From positions 6,858-70,857 of the forward strand of contig CACJUH010000001.1 of assembly GCA_902596545.1 (NCBI GenBank): a stretch of DNA of 64,000 bases. Direction: 5' to 3'. Source of the DNA: an uncultured Candidatus Actinomarina sp. (GTDB lineage Bacteria; Actinomycetota; Acidimicrobiia; Actinomarinales; Actinomarinaceae). The position numbers and the translations under genes are program-made. Below, one piece after another: positions 20,596 through 29,068 of this stretch. The notes beneath the pieces were generated by a model. The model ran no database searches and was not told the DNA's origin. It was given only the letters and a program-made list of their open reading frames with translations. How positions within the stretch are numbered: the stretch's first letter is position 1; every line of letters starts with the position of its first letter.

Positions 20596-20632
20596 TTTAT
20601 TCTTTTTTTAACTTTTGTTTTAAAATAAATTT

Positions 20633-21346
20633 GTGATTGAAATTAAAAATCTCACTATGAGATACAAAAACGGAAAAGGCGTTGGAGATATCAATATCTC
20701 TGTTGATAATGGCGAGGTTAAAGGGCTTCTCGGTCCTAATGGTGCTGGAAAATCTACAACAATGAGAAGTCTTATGGGATTTTTGATGCCCTCTGAAGGC
20801 TCACTTTCAGTTGAGGGAATTGATACAATTGAAAACCCTGTTGAGGCAAAGAAAATAATAGGATATTTACCTGGAGATCCTCAACTTCCACAAAATTTAA
20901 ATTCTAAGTCACTATTTAAACTTGGTGCGGATATGAGAGGTCAATCAACCGATTATGCGATGGAATTAGCAGAAAAGTTTGAATTGGAGGTTGATCAAAC
21001 TCTCAAAGAATTATCTAAAGGTAACAGACAAAAAGTTGCATTGATACTTGCGGTGCTTCATAAGCCAAAGGCATTAATTTTAGATGAACCAACTTCCGGT
21101 CTGGACCCCTTTCATCAAAGAACTTTTTTTGAAATTGTAAAAGAATTTGCTAATAATGGTGCAGCAATACTTTTATCATCACATATTATTTCTGAGGTTG
21201 AAAAAGTTGCCGACTCGATGGCAGTTTTAAGAGAAGGTGCAAAAGTATATGATGAAACATATGAGACATTTTTAAATAAAGCAAAAGAAGAAGGCCAAGA
21301 TTTAGAAGATGCTTTTTTTACATTCTATGATAGAAGAGAGGGGTAA
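20633..21346 (+). CDS. ABC transporter ATP-binding protein (ABC-2 type exporter ATPase)
   Basis: Walker A GPNGAGKST, signature LSKGNRQKV, Walker B LILDEPTSGLD. Confidence 0.85.
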   Translation: MIEIKNLTMRYKNGKGVGDINISVDNGEVKGLLGPNGAGKSTTMRSLMGFLMPSEGSLSVEGIDTIENPVEAKKIIGYLPGDPQLPQNLNSKSLFKLGADMRGQSTDYAMELAEKFELEVDQTLKELSKGNRQKVALILAVLHKPKALILDEPTSGLDPFHQRTFFEIVKEFANNGAAILLSSHIISEVEKVADSMAVLREGAKVYDETYETFLNKAKEEGQDLEDAFFTFYDRREG

Positions 21347-22170
21347 TGTTTAATTATTTTAAATACATGATTACAGTCCCAAGAAAATTTATTTTAAATT
21401 GGGCAATTTCCGGAGGAGTTTACTTATTAATACTTCCACTAGCTTTTGCAAATTCAAGTGTAGAAAGTTTGCTTATTGACACACAAAGAGAAGCTTTTAG
21501 AGGAATGTCAGAAAATGAAACAATGATGAATTTGTTGGGAATTTCGGATTGGGACAATGTTTTTACATTAGAAGGAATGGTAACAACTTATTTCTTAGTA
21601 CCATTTGTCCCACTTTTAATTGGCACTGCAACAATAATTCTTTTAAATAAATTAGGTTCAAAAGCAGAAGAGGATGGAACTTTCGAATTTGTTGCTGCTC
21701 TACCCATGACAAGAACTTCTGTGTATTTAACACAATCAATTGTTGCTGTTCTATTCGGTTTATTTGTAACTTTTGCATGGACAAATATTATGTTTATTCC
21801 AATTGCAACTATGGAACTTAGTCAAACACTTGATTATGTTCCACTTATGAAAGCAACACTTCAAGCCGCTTTGGCTGGAGTTACATATGGTGCTCTTGGA
21901 TTTGCGCTTGGAGCATTTACTGGAAAATCTTCAATGGCTTGGGCTTTTGGTGGAGGTTTAATGGCATTTGAATATTTAACCAACTCACTAGCTGGAACAA
22001 ATGATTTCTTTCAATGGTTTGATGATAACCTTTCATCTTTTGGAGCATATGGTAACCCTTATCAAGATGGATTATTTGCTGAAGATTTATTGCTTGTAAT
22101 AGGAAAAATAGCAATATTTTTGACAATAGGATTTATAGGATTCAGAAATAGATCTTTAAATCTTAGATAA
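21346..22170 (+). CDS. ABC-2 family transporter permease
   Basis: Six-TM integral membrane protein translationally coupled to the ATPase. Confidence 0.7.
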   Translation: MFNYFKYMITVPRKFILNWAISGGVYLLILPLAFANSSVESLLIDTQREAFRGMSENETMMNLLGISDWDNVFTLEGMVTTYFLVPFVPLLIGTATIILLNKLGSKAEEDGTFEFVAALPMTRTSVYLTQSIVAVLFGLFVTFAWTNIMFIPIATMELSQTLDYVPLMKATLQAALAGVTYGALGFALGAFTGKSSMAWAFGGGLMAFEYLTNSLAGTNDFFQWFDDNLSSFGAYGNPYQDGLFAEDLLLVIGKIAIFLTIGFIGFRNRSLNLR

Positions 22171-22210
22171 ACAATTTCCTACAAAAATTTAATCTACTTA
22201 ATATAAACGT

Positions 22211-22648
22211 ATGCCAAATTTTTCAAGAACGGTAACAGTTAATACAGATATTGATTCTGCATTTACGTTTTTATCAGACTTTAGAAATTTAAGCAAATGG
22301 GCAGAAGGCGACGAAGGTGAACTTATTACAAAAGAACCTTTAAGGCAAGGTTCAGTCTTCAAAGTAAAAACACATTTTAACAATAAGCCAAGACAGTATG
22401 ATTATGAGATTATTGAGTGGGGCCCACCATTAAGAGTCTCTTTACAAGCAAGCACTTCTATATTTACAATCGTTGACACTATTTTTTTATCAGCAAACTC
22501 AAAAGGTACTGAAGTTACTTACTCAGTAGATATTAAATACAATTTTCCTTTTTTTGTATTGGGAATTTTTGTAGGACCTATTTTTAACAAATTAATGGAT
22601 AAACAAATTAAAAATCTTGAGGTAGTCCTTGGTCCGGTTCAAGACTAG
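22211..22648 (+). CDS. SRPBCC-superfamily (polyketide cyclase/dehydrase-like, START/Bet v1 fold) protein
   Basis: 145 aa with N-terminal VTVNTDIDSAFTFLSDFRNLSKWAEG pattern, like Polyketide_cyc2 proteins. Confidence 0.45.
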   Translation: MPNFSRTVTVNTDIDSAFTFLSDFRNLSKWAEGDEGELITKEPLRQGSVFKVKTHFNNKPRQYDYEIIEWGPPLRVSLQASTSIFTIVDTIFLSANSKGTEVTYSVDIKYNFPFFVLGIFVGPIFNKLMDKQIKNLEVVLGPVQD

Positions 22649-23162
22649 CTTCCTTGTTTTAATTTTAATTTTTTCTGTAAGTTGTCAAGCAGAACAGGAG
22701 AATGAAGTGAACATTGAATACGGAGAGTTTCCGGAGATAAATGGTAGAGATTTAAATAAAAGAGACAAAGTTGTACCAGATGATTTTGTAGATAAAAATC
22801 TTATAATCATTGTTGCTTTTCAACAATGGCATCAGCCTTTAGTAGATGAATCAATATCTTTATTAGAAAACAATGGATTTGGTAACACACACAATATTAT
22901 CGAAGTCCCAACTGTACAAAAGAGTTCTAAATTATTTGAAGTCTATTTAGATGGAATCATGCGAGCAGGAATCAGAGATGACAGAATAAGAGACCGAACA
23001 ATTACTGCTTATGTTGACCTAGATCAGTTTTTAGAGAATTTAGACATACCTTCTAATGAAACAATATATTGGTTTTTGATTGAAAAAGATACTAAAAATA
23101 TTCTTACTCGAGGATATGGAATTATTGCAGAAGAAGATTTAGATTTAATAAATTCTTTTTAG
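22629..23162 (+). CDS. Hypothetical secreted protein or lipoprotein
   Basis: TTG start, signal peptide FLVLILIFSVSCQAE, acidic mature domain. Confidence 0.4.
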   Translation: MVRFKTSFLVLILIFSVSCQAEQENEVNIEYGEFPEINGRDLNKRDKVVPDDFVDKNLIIIVAFQQWHQPLVDESISLLENNGFGNTHNIIEVPTVQKSSKLFEVYLDGIMRAGIRDDRIRDRTITAYVDLDQFLENLDIPSNETIYWFLIEKDTKNILTRGYGIIAEEDLDLINSF

Positions 23163-23539
23163 ATATATATAGTTGCAAGATACAGTGCTACTAAAGCCAA
23201 TAAGAGCATTACGCCATTAAAGATACCCCTTACCGCATCACTTACATTTGTCGCTACACTATGAAATGCTATAACTGCTCCCGCCAAAAGTAAGGCACCT
23301 ATCACTACTGACCAATCTGATGCACCACTTTCTATTGTAAATCTAATTGTTATACCTGCGATTAAAGCAATAGCATAAGAAATCCAAGAAATTTTGCTAA
23401 AAGAGTCTCTGAGTACACTTGTTGTATTTTTTGTAGGATCAAATTTATTCAGTTTTGGTGCAAACACTGCCCAAGTAACCATTGAACCAATCCAAATTGA
23501 CAATCCAATCATGTGTAGGTATTTTAAGATATTTTCCAT
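23159..23539 (-). CDS. Hypothetical 4-TM membrane protein
   Basis: Four hydrophobic helices, 126 aa. Confidence 0.4.
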   Translation of the reverse strand: MENILKYLHMIGLSIWIGSMVTWAVFAPKLNKFDPTKNTTSVLRDSFSKISWISYAIALIAGITIRFTIESGASDWSVVIGALLLAGAVIAFHSVATNVSDAVRGIFNGVMLLLALVALYLATIYI

Positions 23540-23580
23540 AGCAAAATGATACCATAGGGCAATTCATTTAAAATATTCAT

Positions 23581-24576
23581 ATGGAGAATTACCAGGCATG
23601 GGTACAAGACGATATCGCACCATTTTCAAATTTAAAATATAAATCAATCAAATACCCAACAATTAACGAAAAAGAATTGATAATTGAAACAAAAGCTGCA
23701 ACGTTAAATTTTGCAGATTTACTTTTATCAAGTGGCATGTATCAATCAAACCCTAAGACCCCTTTTGTTCCTGGCTTTGAAGTTGCAGGTACTGTTAAAG
23801 AGTGCAGTGCTGACAGCAAATTTGCCGTAGGAGATAGAGTAGTAGCAGCAACAACAGTATTTAGATCAGGAAGACACGGCAGCTTTGGCGAATACTGCGT
23901 TGCTTCAGAAAATTTAGCATATAAACTGCCTGAAGAAATTTCTTATGAAGTTGGCGCTGCAATCCTTATGTCTTATTTAACATCAGATTTTGCTCTCCAC
24001 AGACGAGCTCAATTAAAAAAGGATGAGATTGTTTTAGTTAATGCTGCCGCAGGGGGAGTAGGAATTTCTGCTGTGCAACTAGCAAAAATCGAAGGGGCAA
24101 GAGTTATAGCTGCTGTAGGTTCAGATGAAAAAAAGAAGTTTATTCAACAATTTGAACCAGATCTAGTTATTAATTATCAAAAGGAAAATCTTAAAGATGT
24201 TGTTGAAGAAAAATTTGGCAAAAGATCAGTAAATGTATTTTATGATCAAGTTGGAGGTGAACCTTATGAAGAGGGAATAAGGCTCTTATCATCTGAAGGC
24301 AGGGCACTTATTGTAGGTTTTGCGAGCGGAAATATTCCCTCTCAACTACTAAGTTATCTTTTGGTCAAAAATATTTCAATAATGGGTGTTTTTATGATTA
24401 GTTTTGAAAATGATGATAAAGAGTATTTAGAAACAAGGATGAAGATAATATTTGATCGCTATTTGAATAAAACTATTAAACCTGTGTACGAGACAATAAA
24501 TTTTGATGAAATTATTAAGTATCTTGAACTTATTGGTAGTAGAAAAACAATCGGAAGAATAGTAGCTCTTAGATAG
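23581..24576 (+). CDS. NADPH:quinone oxidoreductase / zinc-type alcohol dehydrogenase superfamily (MDR) protein
   Basis: Cofactor-binding motif LVNAAAGGVGISAVQLAK. GroES-like N-terminal domain. Confidence 0.75.
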   Translation: MENYQAWVQDDIAPFSNLKYKSIKYPTINEKELIIETKAATLNFADLLLSSGMYQSNPKTPFVPGFEVAGTVKECSADSKFAVGDRVVAATTVFRSGRHGSFGEYCVASENLAYKLPEEISYEVGAAILMSYLTSDFALHRRAQLKKDEIVLVNAAAGGVGISAVQLAKIEGARVIAAVGSDEKKKFIQQFEPDLVINYQKENLKDVVEEKFGKRSVNVFYDQVGGEPYEEGIRLLSSEGRALIVGFASGNIPSQLLSYLLVKNISIMGVFMISFENDDKEYLETRMKIIFDRYLNKTIKPVYETINFDEIIKYLELIGSRKTIGRIVALR

Positions 24577-24608
24577 AAACTTTTTATTTAAGAACTAATA
24601 TATAAGAA

Positions 24609-25211
24609 ATGGCAAAATTATATTTTTACTACTCAGCAATGAATGCAGGAAAAAGCACTACTCTTCTTCAATCTGCTCATAACTATGAAGAGAGAGATAT
24701 GAGAACCTTATTGTTTACTCCAAAATTAGACGATAGATTTGGTGAGGGAAGAATAACTTCTCGTATTGGTCTAGATAGAGATTGTGAAATATTTACATCA
24801 GACGATGATTTATATGTCTGGACAGCCCATGAACACCAAAGAGAAAATGTGTCTTGTGTTTTGGTAGATGAAGCACAGTTTTTAAGTCCAAAGCAAGTTC
24901 TTCAGCTAACTTTGGTAGTAGATAAATTAAAAATACCAGTTTTATGTTACGGATTAAGATCAGACTTTAGAGGAGAGCCATTTCCTGGTAGTGCATATCT
25001 TTTGGCTTGGTCAGATGAAATGACTGAGATAAAAACTATATGTAAATCAGGAAAAAAAGCAACAATGAATGCAAGGCTAGATGAAAGTGGAAATAGAGTA
25101 ACCGAAGGTGACCAGATATCTATTGGTTTAAACTACGAGGCTCAGGCAAGAGATGTTTTTGAATTGGATAAAGTTTCACCTATTGGATATCAGATTCCTG
25201 AAGCTAATTGA
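24609..25211 (+). CDS. tdk: Thymidine kinase
   Basis: P-loop SAMNAGKSTTLL, VDEAQFL motif, C-terminal Zn ribbon cysteines. 200 aa. Confidence 0.85.
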   Translation: MAKLYFYYSAMNAGKSTTLLQSAHNYEERDMRTLLFTPKLDDRFGEGRITSRIGLDRDCEIFTSDDDLYVWTAHEHQRENVSCVLVDEAQFLSPKQVLQLTLVVDKLKIPVLCYGLRSDFRGEPFPGSAYLLAWSDEMTEIKTICKSGKKATMNARLDESGNRVTEGDQISIGLNYEAQARDVFELDKVSPIGYQIPEAN

Positions 25212-25213
25212 TA

Positions 25214-25702
25214 TTAAACACCATTTTCTAATGGTGGTTCTGGTCTAGTCGCTAACCATAGACACAATGCAATACCAAAACCTCCAAATATTAAGTCTCC
25301 AACTAATGAGAAGACAAAATAGATTGTTAATGCAAAGGTTGGAATTATCATTGAGATAGCAAGCTTTTTTGCTCTTCTCGATAAACCTCTATATGTTTGC
25401 CAATTTAAGATTATTGGGCCAAATATCCTATGATTTTCTAGCCATAGAGTAAATCTTTCGGAACATTTTGAGAAAGCCCATGCAGCAATCAGTATGAAAA
25501 CTGTTGTAGGTAATCCTGGAACTACAATTCCGACATATCCTAATGAAAGAGAAAGAATTCCAATAGTGAAAAATATTGGTTTATGAATTTTTATAAATAA
25601 ATTAGGAAAAAATTTGTAAAGAATAATAAAAAGAAATATACCACCGCCAATATAGCTAAAAAGCTCATATGGGATGTTTTGTAAAAAAGTACTCATGTAC
25701 AA
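25214..25702 (-). CDS. YbaN/DUF454-family inner membrane protein
   Basis: GIVVPGLPTTVFILIAAWAFSKCSERFTLWL...RRAK resembles E. coli YbaN ([28 protein letters not shown]). Confidence 0.7.
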   Translation of the reverse strand: MYMSTFLQNIPYELFSYIGGGIFLFIILYKFFPNLFIKIHKPIFFTIGILSLSLGYVGIVVPGLPTTVFILIAAWAFSKCSERFTLWLENHRIFGPIILNWQTYRGLSRRAKKLAISMIIPTFALTIYFVFSLVGDLIFGGFGIALCLWLATRPEPPLENGV

Positions 25703-25736
25703 ATTATAAAATTTCTAAGAGTAATCATAAATTGAA

Positions 25737-26426
25737 TCAACTAACAAAGACTCTTTCTGCGATATATTGATCTAATCCAAAGAATTGATCTTTAGCAACA
25801 CTAACTGTTATGGAGTACTCGTTTGCATCATAAATATTTATTTGATTTCCAGGCAAGATTCTATTTTTTTGAAGAAAAGATATTACAGAACTGTCTCTTT
25901 TCAATTCCTCTGATATTTTTACTATAGAGTATTTTTTATTCGAATTACCTTCTACATCTATCAATCTGCTCATTGGGCCCTCAAAATAGCTAGAGTATGG
26001 AATTGGGTTTCCAAAAAGACCAGTCTTTGGATAACCCAAAACTTTTAACATGGCTTCTTCAGTTACAGAGCTAAGAACATTTTCCCATTTTTTAGTTTCT
26101 GTATAAACTTGTTCCCAGGGTAAATCTAAAATTTCGGATAAAAATCTTTCGACTATTCTGTGTCTTCTTGCAATCATTTTCGCTAAATAGGTACCTTTTT
26201 CAGATAGTTTCAATTCGTCCTGCATTTCAATGAGACCACTGTTTTGCATTCTTCCTATAACTTGAGAGACATTAGCCCTACTAACACCTAGCCAATCAGC
26301 TACACGAGTTTGCTTAACTTCTATCCCAACTTCAGTTAAGTGAAAAATAGCTTCAGCATGCGTATAAAAAGAGTTTGGTAATTTTTCAATCTCTTTCTGT
26401 GTAAAAACATATGGGTTATTATTCAT
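25737..26426 (-). CDS. DtxR/IdeR/MntR-family metal-dependent transcriptional repressor (with C-terminal SH3-like domain)
   Basis: HTH VSRANVSQVIGRM. Metal-site and dimerisation region ARRHRIVERFLSEILDLPWEQVYTETKKWENVLSSVTE. Length 229 aa, like DtxR/IdeR. Confidence 0.8.
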   Translation of the reverse strand: MNNNPYVFTQKEIEKLPNSFYTHAEAIFHLTEVGIEVKQTRVADWLGVSRANVSQVIGRMQNSGLIEMQDELKLSEKGTYLAKMIARRHRIVERFLSEILDLPWEQVYTETKKWENVLSSVTEEAMLKVLGYPKTGLFGNPIPYSSYFEGPMSRLIDVEGNSNKKYSIVKISEELKRDSSVISFLQKNRILPGNQINIYDANEYSITVSVAKDQFFGLDQYIAERVFVS

Positions 26427-26436
26427 TATCTTATAT

Positions 26437-26452
26437 GTTAACAGTTGTTAAC
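26437..26452. promoter_or_regulatory. Inverted repeat GTTAAC-AGTT-GTTAAC 11 nt upstream of the DtxR-family gene start (candidate operator, speculative)
   Basis: Seen in the 5' region of the repressor gene. Related TTAAC-N-GTTAA elements occur upstream of the fbpA-like gene. Confidence 0.2.
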
Positions 26453-26705
26453 TTAGAAGTGTAAAAATTTTAAAATGCAGGACACCCTACAGCGAAAGTA
26501 AGCCCAAAAAACAGCAACCATAAAATTGGTTCATATTTTCTTACAAGTTTCGGATCTTTTTGCATTATAAATATTCTACTATTTGATGTATAATATCAGT
26601 AATATGATGTGTCCATATGCATATATTTTGGCTGGCTTTATGTGGTTTGTCCGCAATGGTGGTAAATTTGTACTTAAATCACTGAGCTTTAAAAAGCCAG
26701 TTAAA

Positions 26706-27725
26706 TCAGCTAGCTCTCACTAAATTTTCTAGCAAATTAATAGTATCTTCAGAATCATTCAAGCATGGTATGTATGTCATTTTTTTACCGCCTGCTTTCA
26801 AAAAAGTCTCTCTGCCACGAATGTCTATTTCTTCAAGAGTTTCTAAACAGTCAGAAATAAATGATGGACATAGAATAGCAATATTGTCTTTACCTTCTTC
26901 TGGAAGTTTTGCTAATCTCTTATCGGTAAAAGGAGTCAACCATCCAGGACCAATTCTTGATTGATATGCAATTTCCCACTGATCATCTTCTAAACCAAGT
27001 TTTTTAGCGGTTAAGTCAGATGCTATTCGAGTATGGGATCTGTAGCAGTCTTTAGAACCATCATTTTCTACTTCACAACAATTAGAAGTTGAAAAACAAT
27101 GCTCACCTGTTTCATCTGTCTTTTTTGCCTGTCTTTTTGGTATTCCATGGTAGCTAAAGATAATTTTGTCATATGATTTGTTTTCTACATAAGGTCTAAT
27201 GGAATTGACCATTGCATTTATATATTCTTCATTATCAAAAAATGGTTTTGTAAATATTAACTCGAAGTCATTGGAGATATTCATTGCTACATTTCTTGTT
27301 TCTAATTCTGTAGTTACAGTTGTAGCCATTGCGTTATGTGGATATAAAGAAATTACATAGATTTTGTTAATTTCATTTTCTTTAAATTTATGTAGTGCTT
27401 TCTCAATACTTGGTTCTTCATATCTCATTGCATACTCAACATTCCAACCAGTTTTTTCCGTTAATTTATTTGCGATGCTCTCTGTTGAAATAATTAATGG
27501 CGAACCCTCTTTAGTCCAAATTTTCTCATAGGCTTCTAAAGTATTCTTTGGACGAAAGGGGAGAATGAATAAACGAAGAATAAATTGTTGAAAAAATTTT
27601 GGCAAATCTACAACATTGTCATCAGACAAAAAGACACGTAAATATTGTCTCACAGATTTTTTACTTAGTTCTTTTGGAGAACCTAGATTGATTAACAGTA
27701 CACCTTCGTTTTTTTGTAAATCCAC
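26706..27725 (-). CDS. hemH: Ferrochelatase (likely coproporphyrin ferrochelatase CpfC as in Actinobacteria) with a Cys-rich insertion
   Basis: N-terminal VLLINLGSP motif and conserved His/Glu active-site regions. CFSTSNCCEVENDGSKDC insertion may ligate a 2Fe-2S cluster. Confidence 0.85.
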   Translation of the reverse strand: MDLQKNEGVLLINLGSPKELSKKSVRQYLRVFLSDDNVVDLPKFFQQFILRLFILPFRPKNTLEAYEKIWTKEGSPLIISTESIANKLTEKTGWNVEYAMRYEEPSIEKALHKFKENEINKIYVISLYPHNAMATTVTTELETRNVAMNISNDFELIFTKPFFDNEEYINAMVNSIRPYVENKSYDKIIFSYHGIPKRQAKKTDETGEHCFSTSNCCEVENDGSKDCYRSHTRIASDLTAKKLGLEDDQWEIAYQSRIGPGWLTPFTDKRLAKLPEEGKDNIAILCPSFISDCLETLEEIDIRGRETFLKAGGKKMTYIPCLNDSEDTINLLENLVRAS

Positions 27726-27796
27726 CTTTTAATAATAAAATATTTTCTATTTAAAAATAAATTACATTCAAAAAAAAAATTCAAAATAAATTACCA

Positions 27797-27832
27797 TTAA
27801 CTATATTTGTTAAGTACTATTAACAAAGTTAA
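27797..27832. promoter_or_regulatory. Two TTAAC-N7-GTTAA / TTAAC-N3-GTTAA inverted repeats in the divergent hemH / Fe-ABC promoter region (candidate metalloregulator sites, speculative)
   Basis: 27797-27813 and 27820-27832, 17-50 nt upstream of the fbpA-like start codon. Confidence 0.2.
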
Positions 27833-27848
27833 GCGAATAAAGGTTAAA

Positions 27849-28967
27849 ATGAATAAAAAATTAACAGTTACTTTGATTGCTTTAATGATGGTTTTAACTG
27901 CTTGTTCTCCAACAGCCGGAGAAGCAGGACCAGCAGGAGAGCAAGGACCAGCAGGTGCGCAAGGACCAGCAGGTGAAGTATCACAAGAAGCTATTGATGC
28001 TGCTGTTGAAGCAGCACTCGCTGAACCAGAAGCCGAAGTAGGTGGAACACTAGTAATTTATAGTGGTAGAAAAGAAAGTTTAGTCGCAGATATCATTGCA
28101 GAATTTGCTGCAACTTCAGGTGTTGAAGTTGAAGTAAGATATGCAAAAAGTCCGGCATTAGCAGGAACAGTTGTTCTTGAAGGTGCCATAAGCCCTGCAG
28201 ATGTATTCTTTTCACAAGATCCTGTAAGCCTTGGTGTAATTGCCAAAGAAGGATTGTTTGACCGACTTCCGGATAGCGTTCTAGATAATGTTCCAGCATG
28301 GGCAGTAGACAAAAATGGATACTGGGTTGGTACATCTGGAAGATCAAGATCTCTAGTAGTTGATACAAGAGACGTCACTGATGCAGAATTGCCAGGTGAT
28401 ATCTATGGTCTTGCCGACGAAAAGTTTAGAAACAGATTAGGTTTAGCACCAACTAATGGATCATTCCTTGCAATGGTTGCATGTATGATCGAATCAGATG
28501 GTGAAGAAAAAGTTCTAGATTGGTTAACAACAATTAATGGTCTTGGATACGGAGAATATCCAAAGAACTCTCCACAAGTTGCTGCTGCAGCTGCAGGAGA
28601 ACTTGATATTGGAATGATTAACCATTACTACACATTAAGAGTTTTAGCAGAAGATCCTTCTGCTCCAATTAAGAATGTGTATCTAGATGGTGGTTGCGGA
28701 GCAATGGTTATGCCTGCAGGTGTTGGAATTTTGTCCTCAAGCCAAAATAAACCAGCAGCTATGGCATTCGTTGAATTTTTACATTCAAAATCAGCTCAAG
28801 AAACATTTACAAACACTGTATATGAGTTCCCTCTTGTAGCAGGAATTGAGCCAAACGAATTGTTGCCAGATATAAACAGTTTGAACTCTCCTTCAAACTT
28901 AAACTGGTCTGCATTAGCGTTATGGCAGGAAAAAGCTGTTGAACTAATTGCTCAGGCAGGATATTAA
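27849..28967 (+). CDS. Fe(3+)-type ABC transporter substrate-binding lipoprotein (FbpA/AfuA/SfuA family, solute-binding protein family 1)
   Basis: Start placed at MNKKL with RBS AAAGG and lipobox LTACS. Collagen-like linker AGEAGPAGEQGPAGAQGPAGE. Mature domain has LVIYSGR...ADVFFSQDP pattern typical of FbpA/TbpA. GC-richer than neighbours. Confidence 0.7.
   Translation: MNKKLTVTLIALMMVLTACSPTAGEAGPAGEQGPAGAQGPAGEVSQEAIDAAVEAALAEPEAEVGGTLVIYSGRKESLVADIIAEFAATSGVEVEVRYAKSPALAGTVVLEGAISPADVFFSQDPVSLGVIAKEGLFDRLPDSVLDNVPAWAVDKNGYWVGTSGRSRSLVVDTRDVTDAELPGDIYGLADEKFRNRLGLAPTNGSFLAMVACMIESDGEEKVLDWLTTINGLGYGEYPKNSPQVAAAAAGELDIGMINHYYTLRVLAEDPSAPIKNVYLDGGCGAMVMPAGVGILSSSQNKPAAMAFVEFLHSKSAQETFTNTVYEFPLVAGIEPNELLPDINSLNSPSNLNWSALALWQEKAVELIAQAGY
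27924..27977. repeat. Tandem 18-nt repeat x3 (gcaggaccagcaggagag / caaggaccagcaggtgcg / caaggaccagcaggtgaa) encoding a GPAGxQ collagen-like linker
   Basis: Direct reading of the sequence. Confidence 0.7.
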
Positions 28968-28993
28968 TCCGTCCGTCAGCATCAACATAAGCC

Positions 28994-29036
28994 AAAAAAT
29001 TCTGGTCAGAGAAATCTGACCAGAATTTTTTCTTTT
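28994..29036 (+). terminator. Strong rho-independent terminator between the SBP gene and the permease gene
   Basis: 13-bp stem AATTCTGGTCAGA / TCTGACCAGAATT with GAAA loop, followed by TTTTTCTTTT. Confidence 0.8.
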
Positions 29037-29068
29037 AATATTTAATTTTTCAATATATTCTTAAATAA

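Noticed and set aside
26427-27848. Canonical DtxR/IdeR box (TTAGGTTAGCCTAACCTAA) near hemH/fbpA
   Set aside because: I searched both untranslated regions by eye and found no TAGG/CCTA-containing 19-bp palindrome. Only the weaker TTAAC/GTTAA repeats are present.
28058-28378. Two overlapping minus-strand ORFs (106 and 91 aa)
   Set aside because: Antisense to the FbpA-like SBP gene, which has a clear family match. They are Gln/Leu-rich, a composition artefact of the GC-richer gene.
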